From contig NC_067403.1 in assembly GCF_016432865.1 (NCBI RefSeq), positions 80,848,001 to 80,912,000 on the forward strand: 64,000 nucleotides of DNA. Reading direction: 5' to 3'. The stretch comes from Antechinus flavipes. Taxonomy: Eukaryota. Both the position numbers and the translations under genes were made by a program. Under the pieces are notes generated by a model. It was not told where the DNA came from and did not search any database. It saw only the letters and a list, made by a program, of their open reading frames with translations. This document shows, piece by piece, positions 49,290-60,309 of the stretch; position 1 is the first letter of the stretch, and every line of letters begins with the position of its first letter.

Positions 49290-49565
49290 TTTGTATAAAC
49301 ACATATGTACATATATAAGCTATATATGTATATGTAGATATAGTTTTGTATGTATGTATACACATTTATGCTTGTGTGTATATAGTGTATATGTAATATA
49401 TAATATATATTTATGTGTACATACATAGTTATGTGTGTGTATATATATATAGAGAGAGAGAAAGAGAGATATCTATATCTATAATCTATATATCATAGTA
49501 TATAAATGTGTTTGTATATATAACTTTATGTGTAGAAAGAGAGTGTGTTATATATGTGTAACATA
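49290..49565. repeat. Degenerate (TA)/(TG)/(GA) compound microsatellite just downstream of exon 4
   Basis: Read directly from the sequence. Confidence 0.85.
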
Positions 49566-49599
49566 GCCAGTGTAGCAAGGAATTTATATAAAATAACCA

Positions 49600-49830
49600 A
49601 AAGTTTTATCACACTTTTAAGGTTTTCATGGGGCTTTAAATACATTGTTTATTTAATCCTCACAATAATACCATAATAGAAGGACTATACTATCCATTAC
49701 TTACATTTTGTACGTGAAGAAACTGAGGTATGTAAAATTTTAAGTAACCTGCCTGCTCAAGATCATAGAGCTAGTCAATTTTTGAGATGGGATCAAACTC
49801 GGGTCTCCTTGGATCTCCTGAATCTTAGCT
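49600..49830 (-). mobile_element. MIR
   Basis: tttaatcctcacaataatacc...gaagaaactgagg...aagtaacctgcc...aagatcatagagctagt. Confidence 0.65.
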
Positions 49831-50999
49831 CAGTAATCTTCCCTTTAAGGAAAATGAGAAAGGAAAAGGATAAGGAAGGAAGGAAATTTGGAGAAAGAAG
49901 AATTCAAGAAAGGAAAAAAACAATGATTTCAAATATTTGAAGGATCATACATAACTAGTGCCTTTTAGTTGCACCTGGAGTATACATAGCCTTTTATGTC
50001 TTTTGAAACTAAATTAGTTCGTTGGAAATAATGACAACTGATACTTAAGGTTGTAAAATGATCTGCTACATTTTCCCATTTCTTGCTATCATCTCCCCTT
50101 CCAGCAGACGTTTATTTGGCCTATTACCCCATGTACTGGGACTGGGGATATAAAGATGACAAATGGCATGAATGACCCCTTTCCCTCAATGAGTTTACAT
50201 ATCAGGAGCCCAAGAGGTCTGGCTGTCCCATTTCCTGAATGTGTGATCTTGAAAGACCTGACCTCTTCTCAGTCTTCACAGTTTTATAATGGGGGGGGGG
50301 GGAATCTCTTGGCTCTCATGGGTTATTACTAAGAGAGCACTCTGTAAAATACTGGGCATGTGGGGGAGGGTCAGCATTGTTGTTTAACCTTCTGGAACTC
50401 CTGGACTAAATACTCTCCAAGTTCCCCTTGCTTCCCCCATGGGGAAGCTTTGTGGTTTTGCCTACTGATGGATCCAGGTGGTATGATGTACAGTGGCACT
50501 GGCACCCTGCTGGGGTCAGAGAGCCTCGGCTAGGTCCTCCTGGTCCTCAGCTTCGTCATCTTTAAAATAGGAAATTCCACTACATGTGCCTCTGTGGTCC
50601 TTTTCAGCTCTCCATCTAAGATCTTATGATCATGGTGGTATTGAAATTGTTCACAAATGAAGATTTCCTGTAATTTATATTCTTGGAGAATTCCTGAAGC
50701 TCAATAGGATTAAGTGATTCACTCTTATTTGGATTACCCCGTACTCTCTGAAATCTTTTTTTTTTTTTTAAATTCACATGCAGCTACAAGAGGTAGAAAA
50801 AAATCATTAAACCATGTTGATACAATTTTTGTTAAAATGTCAGCTAGACCCTTGTTGTAGCAAGCCAGTTTTTTTTTTTTTTTAATACTTTCTGGTCAGT
50901 TCACCACACAATGACTATTCCAGACCTTTTCATCCTTCCTCAAAGCTCCCATGGCACCTTTCCCCTCCCTCTCCCCTTCTCCCCTCCCCCCAACACACA

Positions 51000-52100
51000 C
51001 ACACTCTCTTAGCTGAGGGTCTGGTCTCACACTTGATTGAAAAAAATTGAACTCTCATTCCATTGAGAGTTCTCTTTTCTCCCTTTATCTCACAAAACTC
51101 AGAAGTATTTATTCCCTCACAGTCTTCTCCTTCACCTCTGTTTCACATGAAAAGATAGCTGTTTCTTCACCTCATCAGAGCAAAATGCAGTAGATCATCC
51201 TTAATCTCATCCCATCCGCTTTCACAGATTGTCCCTATTATCATTCCCCCCTCATATCTTCATTTTTCTCCCTTTCTGTAGTTTGCTTCCCCGATGCCTC
51301 CTGTGTCATTAAAAAAAAAAGTCCTTCCCCTCTGACATCTGCCTTTCAATTTCATTCACCTGAAATAGTTCTTTTCAAAATCACTAGTGATCTCTTGATT
51401 GCCAAATTGATGCCCTTTTCTCAATTTTCAGCTTTCTTGACCACCTCTGCAGCCTTAGACATTGTTGATCATCTCCTCTTGATAGTCTCTTTTTCACAGA
51501 TATTTGTGGCTCTTACCTGTCTAACACCTCCTTGTTCTCTCATGTTGGATCTTCAGCCAGGTCACACTAAGTTTCCTGGTGTCCCCTAATGGTCTCTTAT
51601 TGTTTCACTTGGTGATCCGGACTCCTTCCTTTAGTCTCCCTGTCTCAAATTTCTTCCCAGTCCATTCCATCTTTTATTCAGCTACCATTGGTCACATTTC
51701 CCCAAAATTCAGATCTAATCATGTCATATTTTACCTTCCTGCTCAGCAAATTCCTGTTTCTTCATATTATTTTCAGGGTCAAAAATAAAATCTTCTGTTT
51801 TAACATTTAAAACTCTTCATAGTCTGGTCTATCCATACTTTCAGTTTTTTAATACTTTCCCTCTACATAGTCTGTCATTCAGGGGCATTGTCTGTACTTT
51901 GTCAGTGGCTCTTGTGCCTGGAACATTCTCCCCTTTATTGTATTTTGATTTCCCTTTAAGTCTCTGCTTAAATTCCATTTATTCAAAGGGGATATTTGTT
52001 GTTATTCCTACCTCTTCCCTTCTGAGAGTACATTCCCTTCACATTATATAAACTTTATATGTATGTGGCATTAGTAAGCACTTCCAAAAATGTTTGCTGA
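51000..52100 (+). mobile_element. Long degenerate L2 LINE remnant (RT region to 3' end)
   Basis: The translation near 51370-51480 (KITSDLLIAK...SAALDIVDHLLL) resembles the L2 reverse transcriptase motif DLSAAFDTVDH. Typical C/T-rich L2 sense composition. Confidence 0.75.
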
Positions 52101-53959
52101 CTCACCCACTGACAAAATAAAACTCTCTTAATGGAAAAACTATAGTTATAATCAATATAACAATGTTATAAATCTACTTATAAAGAATTGCTTGTTGCAT
52201 ACACTGAAGACAGCCTTTGTTGTGAATAACTTAGTTTTAAGTTGAATCTATAGCTTTTTATCTTTAAAATGGATGTTTTTATCCATATTTGTTATCTGTC
52301 CTATTAAGCAAATTAAGTATTTTATCTCCTCTTTCCTCCCTTCCTCCTCTTATTTTTAAATAGTTTAGGAAATCGAGGCCTATATAGCTGTCCAAGATTA
52401 CTGGGTCTAGAATCTTGGGCATTGGGTTTCCTTCTGGCATTCTTTCTATTCCATCCCATCCCATTATATTATTGGTGAATATTCTTAGAGGAAGAAATTT
52501 ATTTGAAAAATCCAAAAAATATGTATTCATGACATCTAAATTGGCTTTGCATTGTAAATTATCACTGTTGAAATGAGGGAGGTTTTAATGCATATCTAAC
52601 GAATGGGAAGTTCAGAAGTGCTAGAATCAGGGAAGCAAAAATACTTTCCTCGACTGCTTTGCTGTCTGGTGTCTGTTTTTGCTACCATCATTTACTCTGT
52701 GTGTGACCTTGGGCAAAATTCCTTTCCCCTTTCAGAACTTGGCTTTCCTATATAACAAATAAGGATAATATTGTTTAATCCCACTTGACTCCACGGAGTT
52801 ATTGTAATGGTTATCTTATAGGCAGACAGCTTTGAAGTAGAGGGTGCTAATTATACTAGAAGAAGGTGGATTGATAAGATATAAAATTCTGACATTTGCC
52901 TTTCAAAGAGAGAACTTTCCCTTTTGATTGTCCTTTAGACCCTGAGGAACCTGACAGTTGTCTCTGGTAAAGGAAATTTAAGATCTTCATAACACTTTAA
53001 AAATAGCAAAGTGATAACTACTCCGAAGTCCCAGCCAACATTCCCAACTGTTTGATTTATTGCTTCAGCCTCAGCTTCTATGGAGGGTAGGATGGCTTTG
53101 GGCTCTCATTCTCCCCAATGCCCTTGGTTGTTTTGCTCTGGGGAGATATTTGACACGTGTGGGTGAAGTGTTACATGAGACCAGAGATGTTCGCCTAGTC
53201 ATGTCGGTAGGATATGAGGTATTTACATGTAAGCATTAACAACTTAACTAATTGATTCCTTTTTCTTGGAAATTAAAAACCAGGAAAGACATTGCTATTT
53301 AATTTAGTGAGATGATAAAATCTTGGACCACTGCAGTAGGGCTTTCTTTGATTACAACATTCTTTGTTTGTTATATTCAGAAAATTTACTTTCTCTTTGA
53401 TAATGAGAGCACTTTGAAAGAGTTATCTCAGTGCTTAATAGACTCTTAGCAAATGTTTATTAAATGATCCTAAATTTTAAATTCTTGTTAGTTAAAACTT
53501 AAACACTTTTGATTTAGAGAAGGGGAAAAAAGGGAAATGATGCCATTTTTAAAGATGTTGATGTTTTTTGTCAATTGGATCTTAATTTCATTGATGTGAG
53601 GAATTCATAATTGGAAGCATCCTTCATATATGTGGTTTGGCACCTAATTTCTGCAGTAGTAATAGATTAAAGGACTTGTCTTTGGTCACATATCCAGATT
53701 CAAGTACTTAAACCCAGGTCTTCCTAATTCCACAAATGACCCTCTGTCCTTTGTAATAGCTCTGGATTTTAAGACTTTCTCAGTCTGTTTAAGGAAAAAC
53801 ACATCGGTTCTTTTTTTTTTTTCCTCAAAGGAAAACAAAGACCTAGTATCTCTGATTTTTGTTAGATTCAGAGAATAGTTGTGTTGCTAAAAAGCATTGC
53901 TCGTAGAATCAGGAGAATATTTTACACAGTTACAGAAATAATTATGTGATGAACCACTG

Positions 53960-54335
53960 TGATGGACTTGGTTCTTCTCGGTAATGTGGTGATCCAAGAC
54001 AATTCCAATACACTTGGGATGGAAAATGCCCATCTACATTTAGAGAGAGAACTGGAGATGAATGTAGTCAAAGCACACTATTTTCACCTTTATTTAATTG
54101 TTTGCTTTTTCTTTCTCATTTTTTTCCCTTTTGATCTTGATTTTTCTTGCACATGATAAATAGGGAAATATGTTTAAAAGCTTTATACATGTATAATCTA
54201 TATCAGGTTGCTTGCTGTCTTGGGAAGTGGGGGAGATAAGGGAAAGAAGAAGAAAATGTGGATCTCAAAAATCTTCAAAATGAATGTTGAAAGCTATCAT
54301 TACATGTATTTGGAAAAAATAAAATACTGTTGAGG
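53960..54335 (+). mobile_element. Marsupial L1 3' UTR fragment (sense)
   Basis: tgggatggaaaatgcc...tatatcaggttgcttgctgtcttggg...aatgaatgttgaaagctatcattacatgtatttggaaaaaataaaa; reverse-complement homologue of the minus-strand copies. Confidence 0.8.
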
Positions 54336-55565
54336 GGAGGGAAAAAAGCATTGTTCATTTAAGCCTTCTTCATTAGACCTTTTAAAATTGTCCCTGTGAC
54401 TAAAGTGACATTTCAGGTAGCCATCTGGGTTGTCTGTGAGAATGTTACTCAACTGGAATCTGGCACAGTACAAAATCAGTGCTTAATTACCTTTTATTGA
54501 ATTGAATTGAAGCCCAGGCCACTGCTGATTGAAGCAAGGACTGATAGTGCCCTTGGTGTTGGAGGAGACTAAGAGATAAGAGGGTAGTGGTGGTTAAGGA
54601 GTAACTTGTTCTTTCAGATCTATATATTGGCTTCTCTTCTCCTCTGATTGGAGGCAGGCAGTGTGATAAAAAGTGACTTGTAATTATGGTCATTGTAAAG
54701 CACTGTGTTATATGTTTTCATTTTAAACCAGAGTAGCTTTATTTTATTTTATTTTTTTTTAGCATCAATTAAGTAGTTCTTTTTACACAACTACTAAGAA
54801 ATAGTATCCCTTCTGTAAGTTCAAAGACCGCTACTTCCAGAAGAGTGAAATAGTCTTTACACTTAATGCCCAGGAAACAAAGCCTAAGGGAATTGGGTTT
54901 TCATGTGAGCAAGCAAATTTTCTCTTATTTAAACATGATTTATGTGCATTTGTGCATTTTACTTAAAAGTTTAAAGGCCCCATTGGATTCATATCACACA
55001 ACTCTATTGGGGTTGAAATTGTCAGGTAAAATCTGTGAGCTCTGTGGTTTGGGGGATTCACATCCTAGGTAAAAATTGCAGCCCTGTCTCATCTTCTCTT
55101 CCCTTAGGTCTTTTGATAAATCTTGATTTGATAATAAATTGATAAAATAATATATTGATCAATAAAATTGATTTGATATTAATGGGAGTTGACTCAATAC
55201 TTTGAAGACCTCAGTCCATATTGTTTTGTTTTTAAAATATTGAGTACTCGCATAGCATATGAGCTGCCCTTCTGGCTCTTACATGTGTAGGAGCACATTC
55301 CTTATCATAAATGTCTTTAACATAGCTTTATTTATTTATTTATTTATTTGCAGCCTATGTATAGCCTGTCCTATTTTTCCCTTGCCCTTTGGTTTGGATT
55401 AAGTTTTATAAAAGGAAATGCTATTTCTTACTGTTTTGTTGGTATATTTTGATGGAACCAGGACTTTGTTGTATTTTTTAAAAAGAAGGTAATGAAAATT
55501 GATTTCTTACAAAAATATGCATATACATATACATATATAATTTTTTTTCTCATTTTCCCCCTTAG

Positions 55566-55689
55566 GTTACTGGGACTTCCCACAGCTAAAATACTATATG
55601 CTCATAATCCTAGTAGGGATAAAGAAGTTGTAGTGAATTCAGTGTTTACAGCTTCTAGACATTTTCATGTGTCTCCTGTTCATTGCAGG
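55566..55689 (+). CDS. TMEM131L: TMEM131L coding exon (exon 5 equivalent), 124 bp: (Q)[41 protein letters not shown]
   Basis: Acceptor ttttcccccttag and donor AGG|gtgagt. Matches recalled human [41 protein letters not shown]. It is the core of the supplied ORF 55492-55893. Confidence 0.97.
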
Positions 55690-56144
55690 GTGAGTGTTGA
55701 TGTACTCTTGGAAACTATGTGGTGGAAGCGTGCCAAGATTTCATGCTTTATTTGGCTCAAAGTTTTCATTTTCTGCTGGTCTCTCCTTTCCCTATTAACC
55801 CTGATCTTTTTCCTTTGCTTATTTCCTTTTGTGTTTATTTTTTCCAGAACGTTTTTTCTTTATTTTAGGGTAGGTCTTGATATCAGCTTATAAGGTAGAA
55901 AAAAGTTTAGACTTTAAATCAAGATAGTTGGATCAATACATATTAAAGGATTTTTGTTTACACTAAATGAAATCTAATATTGTAAACTTTTTAGTTTACC
56001 ACAGATTCTGAAATATTCAGTAATTAGAAAAAGTTTTCAGCTTTTTTCCCACTCCAAAATACAGTAAAAATTATTTTAAAATTCAGTTGTAAAGGGAGGG
56101 CAGTTGATAAGTTTTAAGTAGCTGGCTTAAGCACTTACTCTCAT

Positions 56145-56380
56145 AGGACAGCAGTAAATAGAACGCCAGACCTGGAGTTAGTCAGGGAGACTCATTTTAC
56201 TGAGTTCCAATGTGGCTTTAGACACTTACTACTTGTGTGACCCTGAGTAAGTCACTTAACCTTGCTTGCCTCTGTTTCCTCATTTGTCAAATGAACTAGA
56301 AAAGGAAATGGCAAACCACTCCAGTATCTGGGCCAAGAAAACCCCAAATGGGGTCATGAAAAGTCAGACATGACTGAAAA
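56145..56380 (+). mobile_element. Near full-length MAR1-type SINE
   Basis: Head (ctggagt...gagttc), core (tgtgtgaccctgagtaagtcacttaacc) and tail (aggaaatggcaaaccactccagtatct...ccaagaaaaccccaaatggggtca). Confidence 0.85.
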
Positions 56381-56646
56381 GCTTTCTTAATGTTTTTTAA
56401 TTTGAATGGTATTTAAACTCTTAATTTCCAGTTAGTTACATGCTTTTATTTTTCTGTGCTTGCTTATATTAACCTTCAGTTTTGAACTTGGTTCTTTTAG
56501 AGGGCTTAGGGGAATGGCAGAAGAGAGACTAGTGTATTGTTTTAACATCTTGACAAGTAATGACATTTCACTTAAGTGAAAGCTTTTAAGTGCTCATATA
56601 AGGTCCTCTTCTATATTTATGTAAAGATGAAAACTTTGGTGAAGAG

Positions 56647-56831
56647 CAGAAATTCTTAATTGGGGATCCTTGAACTTTTTTTTTTTAAACGATATTTAGA
56701 AATGATTTTTTTTCCTTTGAAATCCTATGCATTTTATTTTGTACATTAAAAATACTATTCTGAAAAGGGGACAGTGGTTTCACAAGACTGCACAAGGAGG
56801 TCTGTGACACTTAAAGCTTAAGAATTCCTAG
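56647..56831. mobile_element. hAT-Charlie-like MITE (family B), in the intron between exons 5 and 6
   Basis: cagaaattcttaattgggg...tattctgaaaagggg...tttcacaagactgc...ttaagaattcctag; homologous to 30527-30702. Confidence 0.6.
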
Positions 56832-57161
56832 TGTTGAGGAAAACTTTGAAAGATTTGAATGTAGAGTTTAAGAGGAAAGTTGTTTTTAAAAATAGATAAG
56901 TGGCTTGTGTAGGGGCAGAGATACTGTAATCCTAAATGAAAGTTAAAGGATTTGAGTTCTCTGTTGTCAGTAAATCTTTTTTTTTTTTAATTGACCTCAG
57001 ATTTGGGTATTTTAATCTGTTATAGAAAGCCAGAAGAGTTGTCATCCTTATTATTGTTTGTAGGTTTAAGTAGCATTGAAAGTTGTCTAAATGAAGAGAT
57101 TATAGAGATACTTTAATTATTGGTTTTGAGCAGATGGAATTAATGTGTACCTGTCTTTCAG

Positions 57162-57278
57162 GTGATTCCAGCAATGGGACAAACTTCCTTCAGAATCATT
57201 TTTTTACCAACTGAAGAAGGGAGCATTGAAAGTTCTTTATTTATAAATACATCCTCATACGGAGTTATTTCCTACCAG
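57162..57278 (+). CDS. TMEM131L: TMEM131L coding exon (exon 6 equivalent), 117 bp, phase 0/0: [39 protein letters not shown]
   Basis: Acceptor ctgtctttcag and donor CAG|gtgaag. Nearly identical to recalled human [39 protein letters not shown]. Keeps the N-T-S sequon. Confidence 0.97.
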
Positions 57279-57924
57279 GTGAAGTAATTTTCCTTCTCTT
57301 CTTTTCCAATAAATCTTTCTTATCTTAGCATTATTATAAAGCTTACATACAAAAAATACTGTAAAAAGGGAAAAAATTCTAAGGAGTTTTGGAAATTTGA
57401 GCATGGTGCTCTAAGATACTCGGATTCAAAATATCCATGATCCTTTAATTATTTCTATTTTTTCAGTATGAACCCTTCTTTAGGCTCTATTTGGACACAG
57501 ATCAATGATACTGTTCTGTGCCATAAATCTCATATATGCTTAGTGTGACCTCATAGTAGGCTCTTGATTTTTGACAGATAATGGCGTAGGGGAAAAAGCC
57601 CACCTCACTTGAATATTCAGTTTTTATATTGTAAATGGCTTTCTTTCATAAAACACACTGAGAAATCAGTAATTTTGTCATTCTCCTTCCCACATGGACT
57701 TTTGAGGAATGTGTGAATCCCTTTTTAGTCATTGAGATGACCAAAAGTAATAATTTCATTAACTCATGATTCTTCTAACTAAATCTAGTCAGTTTGAGGA
57801 TGATCGTCTTTGATGTGCCAAAATTTAAAAAAAAAAATTCAAATAACGAGAACTTGTTAAAATGCTCTGGACAAAGCAGGCTTCCCCCCCCCCCCCCAGC
57901 AATTTGGAGTCATACAAATGGGTT

Positions 57925-58290
57925 TTTTTGGAATGTTGTTTTATCTTTTTCTCAATTATATATAAAAACAATTTTTGGATATTCATTTTTTATAATTTTT
58001 AAATTTCACATTTCCCTTTTCTCTCCTTAAGAAAGCAAGCACTTTGATATAGATTAAATATGTGCAGTCGTGCAAAGCATATTTCCATGTTAATCATGTT
58101 GTAAAAAAGAACACAACCCCTCCAAACTCTGAGAAAAATAAAGTGAACATAGTAAGCTTTGATATGCATTCAGATTCATTTTTCATCATGAGTCCTTCAG
58201 AATTACCTTGGATTATTTTATTATTAAGACTAGCTAAGTCATTCATAGTTGCTCATATTGCTGTCACTGTACAGTGATCTTCTGGCTCCA
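57925..58290 (-). mobile_element. Marsupial L1 3' UTR fragment, in the intron between exons 6 and 7
   Basis: aagaaagcaagcactttgatatag...gatatgcattcagattc...catgagtccttcagaattaccttggatt. Confidence 0.75.
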
Positions 58291-58522
58291 TGCAGCATTT
58301 TTATAAGTCATTTCTCCTGATCTCCTGTAATTTGCAATCTACATAGTACAAAAATATATTCATCTTGTGGGCCTGTGTTCTCCTGGAGAAGCTGGTATTG
58401 AGAAGCATAAGATCCTTGAAACTTAGTATCAGGAATATAAACTATATCTGTGGTGATAATTGATATTTGGTAATTACATATTTTATCTCTTCATAATGGT
58501 ATAATTTGTTATTTTCCTCAAG

Positions 58523-58633
58523 GTCTTTGGAACGGGAACTCCACACTTCTCTGCTGAAGGGTCTACAAAACAGTTACCAAATGCTCATTTGCTGCTTCCC
58601 CATGTCCAGAGTATCCAGATTTCACAAACACAG
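58523..58633 (+). CDS. TMEM131L: TMEM131L coding exon (exon 7 equivalent), 111 bp, phase 0/0: VFGTGTPHFSAEGSTKQLPNAHLLLPHVQSIQISQTQ
   Basis: Acceptor ttattttcctcaag and donor CAG|gtaaat. Matches recalled human [37 protein letters not shown]. Confidence 0.95.
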
Positions 58634-59769
58634 GTAAATATTTGAGAGTGGAAAAAACTTTTGGAGCCCAGGAAGGAACAACTTCACTATCTTGTATTTC
58701 TTAAGTAAAGATGGTTCGTGGGGATTCTCAGGCATTCTTATGCAGAGCCCTGCTGAGATTGGAATATGGTCTTCACATTTGGTCATTAAACCATCACGGG
58801 AAGTTGGCTTTGGAACTCTAAGGCCCAGCAATAGGAGGAGATTGTTCTCTCCTGGTTGTACACACCGCAGCCCCTAGGAGTTGTAGCTAAGTTAAGAAAA
58901 TATGGCTCCATCATGGATGATTAATGGGGATTTAGACACGTTAATGGTTCAGCCCCCAAGTTTGAGGGCAGCACTATGAGCTACAACAACTATGGTGTTG
59001 AGCCAAATAATCCTTTGATGTCACTGTGAGTGACTGAGTACTAGGTGAGCTCCTAGTGTGACATTGTGTTTTAGGGATATGCTTCCTGATTTTTTTGGTT
59101 AGCGGTAAGCATTCTTTTTATTTGTTTGAGCATTGGATAAGGTTGAGTTTTGCCAAGTTTTTTATTTTTTAATTCTTTGTTTAAAAAAGAAAAAGCCTTT
59201 AAAAAAGATGGAAAAAATGGAAAAGACCTCCTGGTTGGGGGAAAGGAGGGATATTTTTTGAAAGAAATATAACAAAATAACACAATTAAAAAATAAATAA
59301 AATCTCATTAAAGAGTGTATATTTGCATATGGTTTTTGCTTGGGACATACTGTCCTCCTCCAGACAGTGTATCTTTTGATCCATTTGCTAGAATCAGGAA
59401 GTTCACTACACCTCTCTAAAATTGTTTTTAAGATTGTTGATTTTAAAGTTTGGCTAGTAGTAACCATGTCTCTTTCCTATTAAGTCATATACCATTATAT
59501 CTCATTGCTGCATTTTTTGTGTAGGCAATTTTTTTTTGAATAGTCTCACTCTTTTCCTTTTTGATAGTCATTTATATCACTTATTAGCTGCCAGGGAAAG
59601 TAAATGATGCATAGTAAATCATTTTCTTGACTTGCAAAACTTATTACATCATTGCTGGTTTTCTTTGCCCCTTATTCTTTCTTGGATGTTCTTTTTTGTG
59701 TACATTCTGATTTTTCTCAACCCCACTGTAAGATCATTGAAATTAGGAATTCTCATTTATCAGAAAGAC

Positions 59770-59915
59770 CTGTGGGCAAGTCATTTACTCCTGTTTGCCT
59801 CAGTTTCCTCAGCTGTAAAATGAACTGGAGAAGGAAACTACTCTATCAAGTTTTCCAAGAAAACCCCAAATGGGGTCAGTTGGAGTTGGACATGGCCGAA
59901 ACAACTGAATCACAA
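59770..59915 (+). mobile_element. MAR1-type SINE (core and tail)
   Basis: gggcaagtcatttac...gcctcagtttcctcagctgtaaaatgaactggagaagg...ccaagaaaaccccaaatggggtca. Confidence 0.8.
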
Positions 59916-59984
59916 TGAAAGGCCTGCCGTGTGTGAGGCACTGAGCTTAAATGTTTCTACAAATATTATCTCATTTTTATCCAA

Positions 59985-60102
59985 ATAAGGTTAAGTGACT
60001 TACCCAAGGTCACACAGCGGATATATGGCTGAGACCGAATTTGAATTCACATCTTTCTCATTCTGGGCCCAGTGCTTTAATAATTGTGCCACCCAGCTGC
60101 CT
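59985..60102 (-). mobile_element. CORE-SINE 5' half (MAR1/WSINE1-like)
   Basis: ggttaagtgacttacccaaggtcacacag...tttgaattc...gtgccacccagctgcc. Confidence 0.7.
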
Positions 60103-60247
60103 CTTCAGAATTTCAAGATTCAAATGTGAGAAACAAACATCATTTTTTTAAATTAAAGAAATCATTATGAAAAGTGCTTTATGAACTTTCCAAATGACAT
60201 TCATCCTAATTGACACATAAATAATGTCTTCTTTGAGCTTGTTTGGT

Positions 60248-60271
60248 GGTTTTTTTTTTTGTTTTGTTTTG

Positions 60272-60302
<31 letters not shown>

Positions 60303-60309
60303 TTTTTTG
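60248..60309. repeat. (GTTTT)n / poly-T tract
   Basis: About 8 GTTTT units flanked by T runs. Confidence 0.9.

Noticed and set aside
55492-55893. 133-aa ORF as a complete gene
   Set aside because: Only 55566-55689 is coding (a TMEM131L exon bounded by AG/GT). The flanks are intronic T-rich sequence.
59020-59062. Cluster of short palindromes (gtcact-gtg-agtgac, actagg-tgagct-cctagt)
   Set aside because: The stems are only 6 bp, which is expected by chance in 64 kb.
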